Positions 10,901 through 20,168 of a stretch of DNA of 61,161 nucleotides are shown here, in pieces. The stretch spans positions 1-61,161 of the forward strand of contig JAUMWO010000001.1 of the NCBI GenBank assembly GCA_030529605.1, written 5' to 3'. The stretch's first letter is position 1; every line of letters starts with the position of its first letter. A program made the position numbers and the translations under genes. Source of the stretch: Bacillota bacterium (lineage in GTDB: Bacteria > Bacillota > Clostridia > Peptostreptococcales > Acidaminobacteraceae). Below the pieces are notes generated by a model that saw nothing but the letters and a program-made list of their open reading frames with translations, did no database searches and was not told the DNA's origin.

Positions 10901-11326
10901 TTCCCGATCCAAATCGAGGCCGTAATCAACGTCGAAACGGACAGGATCCTCATACCGTACCCCCGCGTTTTGAATGCTCGTGAACAGAATCGGCGCGTTC
11001 TCCCTACGGGCACGCAAAAGCGCCTCCACACGTGCGATCGCACTCTCTTGTGAGTAGGCGATGAGGTTGTTCCAAACGACCTCTTTCTGTGGGAGGTATA
11101 TCGCTCCTTCGATTCCGGCCGCTGCATTTTTCGCTTTGGAATCGTCTTCCATGTAGACGAGTACCGACTGCTCTTTGTGACGCAATGCCGCCGCGAACCA
11201 GCGAAACGCGCTCGGTTCAGAACCGTAGAGCAGCAAGGGGAAACTCCCCTCACCCAGCGCTTTGAGAACGGTACGAAGCTCGGTCGAACCGGAAAACAGT
11301 CCCTGAATATCGATCGGATGGGTCAT
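7919..11326 (-). CDS. mfd: Transcription-repair coupling factor Mfd
   Basis: 1135 aa. It has the CarD-like region (GDYVVHEEHGIGVF), SF2 helicase motifs (GDVGYGKTEVA, DEEQRFG, TATPIPRT) and a TRCF C-terminal domain. Confidence 0.97.
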   Translation of the reverse strand: MTHPIDIQGLFSGSTELRTVLKALGEGSFPLLLYGSEPSAFRWFAAALRHKEQSVLVYMEDDSKAKNAAAGIEGAIYLPQKEVVWNNLIAYSQESAIARVEALLRARRENAPILFTSIQNAGVRYEDPVRFDVDYGLDLDREIDPDNLIAWLVEHGYERVDHIGRKGQFSVRGGIVDLYSPLADAPIRLEFFGDQIDSMRLFSLETQLSTERLDSFVVFPAQEHRVVESRMCDSSDASSSAERSFALESYLESPIVFLMNHNLCVARLRGIEAEYDRRFADRLEQGEVSPDEHNAMFRSIEVLDRLAKTKLISTELLLKTLDTIAPMQLVKLASKEVQSYFNKFDALAADLRRWQLSGYKIYLTFFSEEKKTRFFEQLPYDGVTDVGTKGEVAAADGDLEDTIASIRSGQILATVAPVAEGFYFDTFKAILLTENHIYGESKKAPKRKIAGGKKIKAFEELQPGDYVVHEEHGIGVFVGIEQVVVDKMRRDYLKIRYAGDDSLYIPVESTASIQKYLGSDTDKVKISRLGGAEWKRAKRNARKSIEDITDELLDLYAKRRSRIGYAFQPDTEWQKDFEDQFPYEETADQLKSTEEIKQDMEKPVPMERLLCGDVGYGKTEVALRAAFKAVMDSKQVAILVPTTILAQQHYNNIVQRFSKYPARVEMVSRFRTPAEIKKAIVGLKDGSIDILIGTHRLLSDDVQFKNLGLLIIDEEQRFGVKHKEKIKQIKESIDVLTLTATPIPRTLHMSMIGIRDMSVLEDPPEDRYPVQTYVLEYDKTIVREAILRELERGGQVYFVYNRIDSIERITAELMQLVPEASIRFAHGQMKEHQLERVMVDFMNNEFQVLVSTTIIETGLDISNVNTMIIIDGDKYGLSQLYQLRGRVGRSNRIAYCYVFFSENKVLTEIAEKRLRAIREFTELGAGFKIAMRDLEIRGAGNILGTEQSGYLDAIGYELYCKMLDESIRERRGEKIVERVQAKIDFSVNAYIPEYYIVNPQVKLEVYKMISSVRTKEEAMAVYGEIEDRFGGVPDSVDNLLKVSLIKSHCEEMSIDWIGYREGLYELRFAEGYVYSPLFIAKVLEHDSSRISFHAGTMNGFKIRVTKQLRNREQDLAALEKIVETIYSFHSEFLNA

Positions 11327-11892
11327 TCCGGCACTCGATTGAATTCGTTCATCGCCGAATCAATTCCTTTGTCAACGATTGCAACGACAGCGTCCGCCGC
11401 GCGATCGAGAACGGAATCCAGCGCATTCCACTCCTCGGCGGAAAAGGAAGAGAGCACATAGTCCGCCAAGTTGGCCCCCGTCTTCTGACCGATTCCGACG
11501 CGGATGCGGGGAAACACATCCGTTTCCAACAAATAGATGATGTTTTTCAGACCATTGTGCGAACCGGCCGACCCTTTGAAGCGCAGGCGAATCTGTCCGA
11601 ATTCCGTATCCTTGTCGTCGTAGACGACGATCAGTTTCTCCGGCGGGATCCGATAATAATTCATCGCCGCCATCACCGCTTCTCCCGACAGATTCATAAA
11701 GGTCTGAGGCTTCATCAGCAGCGCGCGCCGTCCTCCGAGGAGCCGTTCTTCCTTGATCAGGGATTTGAATTTGATGTTCCCGATCTTGACCCCGAGTTTC
11801 GAAGCGAGACGGTCCATGACAAGAAAACCGGCATTGTGCCGGGTTTTCTCGTACTGTTTGCCCGGATTTCCAAGCCCAACAATCAAATACAT
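11323..11892 (-). CDS. pth: Peptidyl-tRNA hydrolase
   Basis: MYLIVGLGNPGKQYEKTRHNAGF...GSAGSHNGLKNI. ATGA overlap with the mfd start. Confidence 0.95.
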   Translation of the reverse strand: MYLIVGLGNPGKQYEKTRHNAGFLVMDRLASKLGVKIGNIKFKSLIKEERLLGGRRALLMKPQTFMNLSGEAVMAAMNYYRIPPEKLIVVYDDKDTEFGQIRLRFKGSAGSHNGLKNIIYLLETDVFPRIRVGIGQKTGANLADYVLSSFSAEEWNALDSVLDRAADAVVAIVDKGIDSAMNEFNRVPE

Positions 11893-11904
11893 AGATGCCT
11901 CGAA

Positions 11905-12852
11905 TTATGCCTCAAACATCGTGCTGACCGAATCGTTGTTGTAGATCCGGCGAATCGCTTCCGCGAAGACCTGCGCCACCGATAAGGTACGAAGATTCGG
12001 CAGCTTGCGCGCTTCGTCGGACATGCGGATCGTATCGAGCATGATCAGCTCACGGATAACACTCGAGCCGATGCGCGAAACCGCAGGGCCGGATAGAACG
12101 CCATGCGTACAAGCGGCGTAAATGTCCTTCGCTCCCATATCGCGGAGCGCCTTCGCCGCATTGACGATGGTCCCCGCCGTGTCGATCATATCATCGATCA
12201 GGAGCACATTCTTGCCGACGACATCCCCGATGACATTCATCACTTCCGAGACATTCGCTTCCGGGCGTCGTTTGTCGAAGATCGCCATCGGAGCGCTGAG
12301 TCGCTGCGCAAAATCTCGCGAGCGCGTCACCGAACCGAGATCCGGCGATACGACGACCAAATCCTCGATCGCTTTCTCCTTGATGTATTGAGCGATGATC
12401 GGGACTCCCTTGAGGTGATCGACCGGGATATCAAAATAGCCTTGAATCTGCGCGGCATGAAGATCCATCGTCACCACGCGGTCCGCACCGGCGGCGGTGA
12501 TCAGATTGGCGACCAATTTCGCGGAAATCGGATCGCGCGCCTTGGTTTTGCGATCTTGACGCGCATATCCATAATATGGAACCACCGCGGTGATGCGGCC
12601 GGCCGAGGCGCGTTTGAAGGCGTCGATGCTGATCAGGAGCTCCATCAGATAATCGTTGACCTTGGGGATCGAAAGCGATTGGACCACGAAGACGTCGACA
12701 CCGCGCACGGTCTCATTGATGTTGACCGAGATCTCGCCGTCGCTGAAGGTTTTTACGACTGCGTCTCCCAGCGGAATCCTTAACTCCGCGCAGATCGCTC
12801 GGGTGAGCTCCGGATTGGAATTGCCGGAGAAAATTTTGATCCCTTTATTCAT
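11905..12852 (-). CDS. prs: Ribose-phosphate pyrophosphokinase
   Basis: Trimmed to the ATG at 12852 (MNKGIKIFSGNSNPELT), which is preceded by GGAGGAG. Motifs YARQDRK and VSPDLGS...DDMIDTAGT. Confidence 0.95.
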   Translation of the reverse strand: MNKGIKIFSGNSNPELTRAICAELRIPLGDAVVKTFSDGEISVNINETVRGVDVFVVQSLSIPKVNDYLMELLISIDAFKRASAGRITAVVPYYGYARQDRKTKARDPISAKLVANLITAAGADRVVTMDLHAAQIQGYFDIPVDHLKGVPIIAQYIKEKAIEDLVVVSPDLGSVTRSRDFAQRLSAPMAIFDKRRPEANVSEVMNVIGDVVGKNVLLIDDMIDTAGTIVNAAKALRDMGAKDIYAACTHGVLSGPAVSRIGSSVIRELIMLDTIRMSDEARKLPNLRTLSVAQVFAEAIRRIYNNDSVSTMFEA

Positions 12853-14206
12853 GGCTCTCCTCCACTCGCTTATTCGGTCGGTTTTCTTGTTTCGCACGCG
12901 CCACGGCAAAATGGCGGTCCGGAACATCCTGCGTCAAGGTCGAACCTGCCGCGACGAAGGTCTGGCTGCCGACGCGAATCGGCGCGACCAGATTGCTGTT
13001 GCAGCCGATGAAGGAATCGTCGCCGATCCGTGTCAGCGATTTTTTGTTGCCGTCGTAGTTGACAAAAATCGTTCCGCAACCGATGTTCACCCGTTCTCCG
13101 ATCTCACCGTCTCCGGCGTAGGTCAGATGCGGAATCTTCGATTTGGCACCGACTTTGGTATTTTTCAATTCGACAAAGTCGCCGACCTTCGCTCCCTCTC
13201 CGATCTCGCACCCGGGGCGAACATAGGCGAAAGGACCGATGACGGCGCGATTTGCGACTTTCGAGGAGAGCAAAACGGAATGCTGAATCACCACATCATC
13301 TCCGACTTCACAGTCCGTGAGGTCGGTGTTGGGACCGATCTCGCAGCCGGAGCCGATCACCGTATGCCCCATCAGACGGGTTCCCGGATGAATCGTCGTA
13401 TTTTCTCCGACTTGCACATCCTTATGGATAAAGACGGTCTCCGGCATATGGATGGTGACGCCGGAGTACAGTAGCGCCTTTTTGATGCGATCCTGATGGA
13501 TCGCTTCCGCCTTCATCAGCTGGTAGCGGTCGTTGACCCCCATCATCTCCGTCGCATCTTCGATCGGATATGCGCCGACGGTTCCGCCGTCCGCTAGGAT
13601 CATCTCGAATACATCGGTCAACATATAGTCCTTTTGGTCATTGTCATTGGAAAGCCGATCGAGTTTTTCTCCGAGCGCGACCGCATCGTACATCCCGACG
13701 CCCGAGTTGACTTCAACGATCTTTTTCTCGGCGATGCTCGCATCCCGCTCTTCGACGATGCGCAAAAATGCCCCCTGCTCATCCCGGACGATGCGCCCGA
13801 ATCCGGTCGGATCCGGCTGAATCGCGGTAATCAAGCTCGCGGTATTGCCTTCGCGGTGATGCAAGTCCATGAAATCACGCAAGGTCTTTGCCGTCAGGAG
13901 CGGGGTATCCCCATACAAAATCAAAACCGAACCCTCGGTGAAAAATGAGCGTGCCATCTTTGCCGCATGCCCCGTACCGAGCTGCTCCTTCTGCTCCACG
14001 AATTCGATCTCCTGCCCTGCAAGCGCCTCCATGACATGTTCTTTGCCATGCCCTACGACACATACGATTCGATTGCTCCCGATCTCGCTCGCGGCATCGA
14101 TGACATGCTGAAGCATGGTCTCACCGCTCACAGGTTGAAGCGCCTTCGGGAGCTTAGACTTCATTCGTTTCCCCAAGCCCGCAGCCAGAATTACTGTCGT
14201 TATCAT
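12845..14206 (-). CDS. glmU: Bifunctional GlcNAc-1-phosphate uridyltransferase / glucosamine-1-phosphate acetyltransferase
   Basis: LAAGLGKRMKS nucleotidyltransferase motif followed by C-terminal left-handed beta-helix hexapeptide repeats. The track start at 14224 is TTG; I prefer the ATG at 14206 (MITTVILAAG). Confidence 0.95.
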   Translation of the reverse strand: MITTVILAAGLGKRMKSKLPKALQPVSGETMLQHVIDAASEIGSNRIVCVVGHGKEHVMEALAGQEIEFVEQKEQLGTGHAAKMARSFFTEGSVLILYGDTPLLTAKTLRDFMDLHHREGNTASLITAIQPDPTGFGRIVRDEQGAFLRIVEERDASIAEKKIVEVNSGVGMYDAVALGEKLDRLSNDNDQKDYMLTDVFEMILADGGTVGAYPIEDATEMMGVNDRYQLMKAEAIHQDRIKKALLYSGVTIHMPETVFIHKDVQVGENTTIHPGTRLMGHTVIGSGCEIGPNTDLTDCEVGDDVVIQHSVLLSSKVANRAVIGPFAYVRPGCEIGEGAKVGDFVELKNTKVGAKSKIPHLTYAGDGEIGERVNIGCGTIFVNYDGNKKSLTRIGDDSFIGCNSNLVAPIRVGSQTFVAAGSTLTQDVPDRHFAVARAKQENRPNKRVEESHE

Positions 14207-14367
14207 ACTATCCCCACTTTCCAAGAATCATAAAAGCACACAAAGCGAGGCAAGGACCCCCTGCTTCGCTTTGACAGTATAACATAAAATGAGAAAAGGA
14301 CGCAGTCGGTACCGAAGCATTTCGATCCCGACGTCGTCCCGAGTTGTTTTGTCGCAAATTGTCGAAA

Positions 14368-14640
14368 TTACAAATTGTTGTTTCGCGCTTCGTCTTCGAA
14401 ATACTTGGCGAAGATGACGGATTCGATCTGCTGCCGCGCCTCTTTGTTGATCGGATGCACGATATCGCGATACCCCATATCGCCGACCTTTTTGTTCGGC
14501 ATGGCGACAAACAGTCCATGGTTGCCTTGTATGATGCGTACATCGTGGACGACAAAGGCGTCGTCGATCACCATGGAAACAAGCGCTTTCATATTGCCCT
14601 TCTCGTTGAATCTACGGATTTGTATATCCGTAACTTCCAT
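14368..14640 (-). CDS. spoVG: Regulatory protein SpoVG
   Basis: MEVTDIQIRRFNEKGNMKALVSMVIDDAFVVHDVRIIQGNHGLFVAMPNKK is near-canonical SpoVG. Confidence 0.95.
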   Translation of the reverse strand: MEVTDIQIRRFNEKGNMKALVSMVIDDAFVVHDVRIIQGNHGLFVAMPNKKVGDMGYRDIVHPINKEARQQIESVIFAKYFEDEARNNNL

Positions 14641-14734
14641 AGGATGCCCCTTTCGAATCGTTCATAATTTCGTGTCATATTATACCAAATCTTTTCGAAT
14701 GGATTCATCTTTTTTTTGCAATCCGACCAAAAAT

Positions 14735-15541
14735 TTACCATTTCACTTTGGAGCTCGGAGACACGGAAAATTGAGGCGCATCGCAGATCTCAAACAAGGA
14801 GACATACTCGTCCACCACTTTGTGATGATGCGGATTGAGATCGAATACAACGCCGGTCCCGGCGACTCGACCGCCCAGTTCGGACACGATGTTCTGCATT
14901 CCGAACGCCGTGCCGCCCGCCCGCATAAAGTCATCGATGATCAACACATTGGAATCCGGACGAATCGCTTTTTTGGACAGGTACATCGTCTTCAGCGTTC
15001 CCTTGGATCCGGACACATAGTTGATGCTGATCTTGGAGCCCTCCGTGGCGATGTTGTCATGCCGAGCGATCACGAGAGGGACATTGAGGTGACGCGCCGT
15101 CATCATCGCGATCGGAATCCCTTTGGTTTCAATGGTCAACACGACATCGATCGGAATCTCGAGCCGCCCGAAATGATCGGCGAGCAAGACCCCGATCTGA
15201 TGCGAAAGACGCGGATCGTAGAGGATATCGGACAGATAGACCAGTCCTCCTGCCATCTGCCGTTCCGTCTGTGACATCAGGGTACAGACCTCATCACGCA
15301 GTTCTTTGCGCTCTGCCGCACTGAGCGTCGGGATCATTCGGATTCCACCCGAAGCGCCTGCAAATCCTTCGATCCTGCCGATCTCAGCCTCCTCGATCCC
15401 GCGACGAATGATGTCGATGTCTTCCGAAATCGAGGTTTTCGACGCATCAAAACGCTCCGCAAAATAGCTGAGATTCAATCGTTCATTCGGTCGATCCGAC
15501 AAGATTTTGGTCATGACGGCGATTCGCTCATTTCGTTTCAT
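14735..15541 (-). CDS. purR: Pur operon repressor PurR (PRTase-fold)
   Basis: Trimmed to the ATG at 15541 (MKRNERIAVMTKILSDRPNE, SD GGAGAA). The PurR N-terminal wHTH is followed by a PRT domain (VLIIDDFMRAGGT). Confidence 0.9.
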   Translation of the reverse strand: MKRNERIAVMTKILSDRPNERLNLSYFAERFDASKTSISEDIDIIRRGIEEAEIGRIEGFAGASGGIRMIPTLSAAERKELRDEVCTLMSQTERQMAGGLVYLSDILYDPRLSHQIGVLLADHFGRLEIPIDVVLTIETKGIPIAMMTARHLNVPLVIARHDNIATEGSKISINYVSGSKGTLKTMYLSKKAIRPDSNVLIIDDFMRAGGTAFGMQNIVSELGGRVAGTGVVFDLNPHHHKVVDEYVSLFEICDAPQFSVSPSSKVKW

Positions 15542-15569
15542 GTTTTGTTCTCCGATTAAATTTGTAATT

Positions 15570-15598
15570 ATTATGACTGATATTCGGTGTCGATTCAA
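15570..15598 (-). promoter_or_regulatory. Sigma-70-type promoter of purR
   Basis: The minus strand reads TTGAAT-N17-CATAAT, about 30 nt upstream of the purR ATG. Confidence 0.45.
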
Positions 15599-15645
15599 TA
15601 AAAATGTTCGGATTCAAGCTATGCTATAATACCTGCGGAGGAAAT

Positions 15646-17055
15646 ATGATCAAACTTTCCGATGTTCAAACCATTCATATCGTAGGGATCGGCGGGATCT
15701 CCAACTCGGCGATCGCTGAAATTCTGATCTCCAAGGGCTTTCGTGTCACCGGCTCGGATCTGCGCGAATCGGCGGTGACCGAACGTCTCCGTAAGGCAGG
15801 CATTCCGATCGCCATCGGCCATGACGGCGCTCATTTGTTGCTCAGCGGAAACCGGCCCGATCTGGTCGCCTATACGGCAGCGATCGACACCCGGAATCCG
15901 GAGATCCGCGACGCGATGGATCACCGGATCCCTCTCTGCTCCCGTGCGGAACTGCTCGGCGCACTGATGGAACAATATCCGCACTCCATCGCGGTCTCCG
16001 GGACCCATGGAAAGACATCGACGACTTCGATGATCAACCATTTGCTCGAAGCGCATACCGATACAACCGCTCTGGTCGGCGGGTTTATCCACGCGCTCGG
16101 CAGCAATGTAAAAATCGGCACGGGCGATGTTTTGATCACCGAGGCCTGTGAATACAAGGACAGCTTTCTTTCCTTCCGCCCGGAAATCGGCGTGATTTTG
16201 AACATCGACGAAGATCATTTGGACTATTTTTCCGGAATCGATCCGATCATCGCTTCGTTCCGCCAATTTGCACAAGGGGTTCGGCGCACCTTGATCGTCA
16301 ATGCCGATGACCCTCATACCGCACCGGTCTTACAGGATTCGCACTCCGCCGCGACCATCACATTTGGGATGAATGTCGATGCGGACCTCCGGATCGCAGA
16401 CATCGACTACGACGACAAGGCATGCCCGCGCTTCCGCCTTATCGAGCGCAATGGGACCGAGACGTCGATCGCTCTTTCGGTTCCGGGAAAACACAATGTC
16501 TACAATGCTGCCGCGGCATTCGGTGTCGCACTTGCTGTGCTGAGAGCGGAAAATGCGCTCACCGACGGGCTCCGTGACGAACTCGCAGGGCGCCTCTCCA
16601 CCTTTCAAAACGCGGACCGTCGCTTTCAACACATCGGGATCTACAAGGGGGCGACTGTCGTCGACGACTATGCCCATCATCCGAACGAAATTGCCGCAAC
16701 CATCGCTGCAGCAAAGCAAATGAAAGAGATTCGGCGCATTTTGATCCTTTTTCAACCGCATACCTTCACCCGCACCAAACAGCTCCTGTCCGAGTTCGGA
16801 ACGGCGTTCCGAGGAGCGGATCTGGTCATTCTCTCCGACATCTACGCCGCGCGTGAGCCGAATCTCGGTGAGGTCCATGCAAGAGATGTCGTGCGCGCGA
16901 TCCGCGAATCCGGCACCGACTCCGAGTACGGCGGCGATATCGAGAACACGGCCGCCCTCGCCGAATCCAGGCTGCATCCGGGTGATTTGCTGATCACGAT
17001 GGGCGCCGGAGACATCGACCGCGTGCACAAACTCTGGTTTCAACAAAAAGCTTAG
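15646..17055 (+). CDS. murC: UDP-N-acetylmuramate--L-alanine ligase
   Basis: Trimmed to the ATG at 15646 (SD GGAGG). Motifs IHIVGIGGISNSAIAEIL and SGTHGKTSTTSM, with a MurC-like C-terminus. Confidence 0.95.
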   Translation: MIKLSDVQTIHIVGIGGISNSAIAEILISKGFRVTGSDLRESAVTERLRKAGIPIAIGHDGAHLLLSGNRPDLVAYTAAIDTRNPEIRDAMDHRIPLCSRAELLGALMEQYPHSIAVSGTHGKTSTTSMINHLLEAHTDTTALVGGFIHALGSNVKIGTGDVLITEACEYKDSFLSFRPEIGVILNIDEDHLDYFSGIDPIIASFRQFAQGVRRTLIVNADDPHTAPVLQDSHSAATITFGMNVDADLRIADIDYDDKACPRFRLIERNGTETSIALSVPGKHNVYNAAAAFGVALAVLRAENALTDGLRDELAGRLSTFQNADRRFQHIGIYKGATVVDDYAHHPNEIAATIAAAKQMKEIRRILILFQPHTFTRTKQLLSEFGTAFRGADLVILSDIYAAREPNLGEVHARDVVRAIRESGTDSEYGGDIENTAALAESRLHPGDLLITMGAGDIDRVHKLWFQQKA

Positions 17056-17112
17056 AAAAAGAAAGAGCGCAACAGATGCTTGAACAAAAGCCGGTTCAAC
17101 GGCTAAAATACA

Positions 17113-17148
17113 AAAACGCCGATCCTAAGGGGTCGGCGTCGGTTTTTC
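17113..17148. terminator. Bidirectional terminator between convergent murC and LCP genes
   Basis: A-run, ACGCCGA..TCGGCGT hairpin, then T-run (aaaaacgccgatcctaaggggtcggcgtcggttttt). The hairpin overlaps the LCP stop codon. Confidence 0.55.
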
Positions 17149-18090
17149 CATATTGTAGAATCGATACATCATTTCTTCGGTCGCCTCCTCATCGTGCATG
17201 AAGAAGGAGAGACCTTGAAAACTTCCCACGTCGCCGGGAAGCACATGCGCCTCCTGCTGTTGTTCGGTCATGGTCGAAGCTTTCGATGAAAGCGAGATCA
17301 TCTGATCCAATGTCATATCCGTGCTGATGTACTTTCCGGATACCATCGTGTTGATCACGGCGAGGAGTTTTCCGTCGAGCGCCTTGTTGATCATCGCACT
17401 GACGAAAGCTTGCTGCCGTGGAATCCGAACCAAGTCGCCCTCCGCGATGGTCCCGTCGTTGCTCTTACGAAAACGCAGGAATTTCAGCGTCGTCAGTCCA
17501 TCCATATGCTGTTGCCCTTGCGGAATGTCGATGTGAAGCGGCGGGTAGTCATATGGGTCATCGTACTGCATCCGGTACGGCACATAGACATCGTAGCCGC
17601 CGAGGGTGTCGACGATCGCGATCACCGAGCTGAACTCCACTTTGAGATAATGGTGAATCGGAATCCCGAGCAAATCCGAGAGTTCCCGCTTCATCCCGAG
17701 CACCCCGCCGATTTCTTTGAACGAATATACGGCATTGATCTTGCGCTCCCACGCCTCATCGCGCCCCAAAGTATGATGGTAAGTATCCCGAGGGATCGAG
17801 AGCATATTGAGATAATTCGTCTTCTGGTTGTAGCTGAAGACGATGATCGTATCCGCCAAGCCGTCGTTGAGACCGAATGCCGCAATGTTGATGATGTCCG
17901 GATCCGTAAACGGCGTATCTTCCGGCGGCATCGCAGGAATGAGCTGAGCTGCAGTCATCGGCTCGGTCGTAGGCGGACTTACAATGAGCGCCGAATCCTG
18001 ATTGAAAAAACCGAGAAACCACAAGACCACAAACATAATCAGCAAAGAACCGACAAAGCTGGCTCCAAATATCATCAAGTACTTCTTCAT
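17125..18090 (-). CDS. LytR-CpsA-Psr (LCP) family cell-wall glycopolymer transferase
   Basis: N-terminal TM anchor, then an LCP core (DTIIVFSYN...LSIPRDTY...INAVY...VDTLGG). Confidence 0.85.
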   Translation of the reverse strand: MKKYLMIFGASFVGSLLIMFVVLWFLGFFNQDSALIVSPPTTEPMTAAQLIPAMPPEDTPFTDPDIINIAAFGLNDGLADTIIVFSYNQKTNYLNMLSIPRDTYHHTLGRDEAWERKINAVYSFKEIGGVLGMKRELSDLLGIPIHHYLKVEFSSVIAIVDTLGGYDVYVPYRMQYDDPYDYPPLHIDIPQGQQHMDGLTTLKFLRFRKSNDGTIAEGDLVRIPRQQAFVSAMINKALDGKLLAVINTMVSGKYISTDMTLDQMISLSSKASTMTEQQQEAHVLPGDVGSFQGLSFFMHDEEATEEMMYRFYNMEKPTPTP

Positions 18091-18098
18091 TCTACCCC

Positions 18099-18551
18099 CT
18101 AATACAGTTCCGTTTTAAACAGAAGCAACAACGCTCCGATTAAAACGGCCGCTCCCGTGACATACATGTCCGCGACATTGAATACCGGGAACGATATCCA
18201 TTGAAACTCGAGAAAATCGACGACATACCCACGCATCAATCGGTCGATCAAATTCCCCACCGCTCCCGCCAAAAGCACGCCGTAGGCGAAGCGCACCGCG
18301 ACCGGGAGCTTGCGTCGCTTCGCACGCAGGATCAAATAGATCAAGAAAAGCGACACGATGGCGGAGACGGCGACCAAAAAGATCTGTTGTCCTTGCAAAA
18401 TGCTGAAAGCGGCGCCGCGATTTTCCGTGTAGCGAAGGCCGATGAGACCGTCGATCAGACCGAAGGTCCCGATCGGACGCAGCTTGGTGTATGCCAAATA
18501 TTTCGTCCACTGATCGATCCCGATCAGAATGATTGCAAGCAGATAGATCAT
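18099..18551 (-). CDS. lspA: Lipoprotein signal peptidase (signal peptidase II)
   Basis: Trimmed to the ATG at 18551 (MIYLLAIILIGIDQWTK, SD GGGGGAG). Motifs NRGAAFS and FNVADM. Confidence 0.9.
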   Translation of the reverse strand: MIYLLAIILIGIDQWTKYLAYTKLRPIGTFGLIDGLIGLRYTENRGAAFSILQGQQIFLVAVSAIVSLFLIYLILRAKRRKLPVAVRFAYGVLLAGAVGNLIDRLMRGYVVDFLEFQWISFPVFNVADMYVTGAAVLIGALLLLFKTELY

Positions 18552-18611
18552 TTCACTCCCCCCGTCATGCGCCGTCGCTTCACCCGCCGGCTTCACCGGC
18601 TTTCCTTTCAA

Positions 18612-20168
18612 CTACTGAAGCGGCGACACGATCCTTCCGATCGCTTCCAAGAACCTTCGATCGATTCCCCGCCGACGGAAGATCTCGAGATCGTACTTTT
18701 CGCACACCTTCAAATCCTCGTGGAAATCCTGCTCCAGTCGCAGGATCACGTCTTCGTCATACACAAATGCGTTGACTTCAAAGTTGATTTCCATCGAGCG
18801 CATGTCCAGGTTTGCCGTACCGACCGTCGCGATGCTTCGATCGCAGATCATCACCTTTGAGTGGACAAAGCCTTTGCCATACGCGTAAATTCGCACTCCC
18901 GCTTCCAGCAATTCCTGAATATTGGACTGCCCCGACCAATATACAAAAAAGTGGTCCGGATTCTTCGGGATGATGATGCGCACATCGACACCCGAGAGGG
19001 CGGCAACCTTGAGCGCCATCGAGATCGACTCGTCCGGCACAAGATACGGTGAAGTAATCCACAGTTTTTCTTTTGCGTCGGCGATCAATTTATGGAACGC
19101 ATGGTGCATCGATTTCCAACGATAGTCCGGTCCGGATGCGACGACCTGCACCATACAGTTCCCACAGTCATCTATTTTCGGAAAATACGCGCTTCCTGTC
19201 AAGTTTTGTTTGGCGACATAATTCCAGTCGTCCAGAAAAATGCTCTGCAGCGAGAGCACCGCTTCACCTCGAATCATCAGGTGCGTATCTCGCCAATATC
19301 CGAAGCGCTTGCTCTTGCCGAGGTATTCGTCGCCCACATTGAAGCCGCCGATGAAACCGATCTTGCCGTCCACGATCGCAATCTTGCGGTGATTGCGGTA
19401 GTTGAGATCGCGCGACAATGCCGGGAACAGCACCTCGAAGAAAGGATACAACTCGACGCCGGCCTCCTGTAGCTTTCTGCGGTAGGCGTGACTGAGCATG
19501 ATCGAGCCCACATCGTCAAAGACGATCCGCACTTCGACGCCTTGCTCCGCTTTGCGCACCAGCCGATCCGCCAATCGATTGCCGATCTCGTCGTCGCGCA
19601 GAATATAATACTCCAGATGGATATGATGCTCCGCCTGCTCGATCGCCTGGAACAGCGCTTCGAACTTCTCGGCGCCGTCCGAGATCACCGTCACCTGATT
19701 GTTGTCGGAGTACGGCGCATTGGCGCTCCGAAGCAACAGATTCATCAGACGCTCCGTCGTCGGAGATTCGATGTCGCTCAGATTGAGCAATTCCAATTGG
19801 TATGACGCGGCTTTCTCCATTCGATCGGAATGCTTCCGCGCCTTGATGTCGGCACGTCGCTTCTTTCGAAAACTGCGGCCGAACCAGATGTACAGGAAGA
19901 AACCGATGACCGGAAGCAAGACCAGCACCCCAACCCACGCGAGCGTCTTGGCCGGATTGGAATTTTCGAGCAAAATCAGCAACACGACCCAGATAATATT
20001 GAGACGAAACACGATCATAAACACGCGATACGCGAGATCAAGCCCCGGATTTTCAAAGCTCAGGTTATCAAAGAAACCCGCCAGGTACAGGAAGGCGAGC
20101 ACACACAACGCGACAAAGGACAGCGTATAGACCGTGAATTTAATCGCAAGATCCAGACGGCTTCGCAT
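18612..20168 (-). CDS. cls: Cardiolipin synthase (PLD superfamily)
   Basis: Trimmed to the ATG at 20168, which is preceded by GGAGGCGATC. Two HKD motifs (NHRKIAIVDG and HSKVMICD) and two N-terminal TM helices. Confidence 0.9.
   Translation of the reverse strand: MRSRLDLAIKFTVYTLSFVALCVLAFLYLAGFFDNLSFENPGLDLAYRVFMIVFRLNIIWVVLLILLENSNPAKTLAWVGVLVLLPVIGFFLYIWFGRSFRKKRRADIKARKHSDRMEKAASYQLELLNLSDIESPTTERLMNLLLRSANAPYSDNNQVTVISDGAEKFEALFQAIEQAEHHIHLEYYILRDDEIGNRLADRLVRKAEQGVEVRIVFDDVGSIMLSHAYRRKLQEAGVELYPFFEVLFPALSRDLNYRNHRKIAIVDGKIGFIGGFNVGDEYLGKSKRFGYWRDTHLMIRGEAVLSLQSIFLDDWNYVAKQNLTGSAYFPKIDDCGNCMVQVVASGPDYRWKSMHHAFHKLIADAKEKLWITSPYLVPDESISMALKVAALSGVDVRIIIPKNPDHFFVYWSGQSNIQELLEAGVRIYAYGKGFVHSKVMICDRSIATVGTANLDMRSMEINFEVNAFVYDEDVILRLEQDFHEDLKVCEKYDLEIFRRRGIDRRFLEAIGRIVSPLQ

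Noticed and set aside
15622-15630. TGCTATAAT (extended -10) just upstream of murC, and TGATATACT (25061-25069) upstream of the SEC-C gene.
   Set aside because: The predicted TSS would fall on or inside the Shine-Dalgarno sequence, 9-10 nt before the ATG. That leaves too little leader, so I did not annotate them as promoters.
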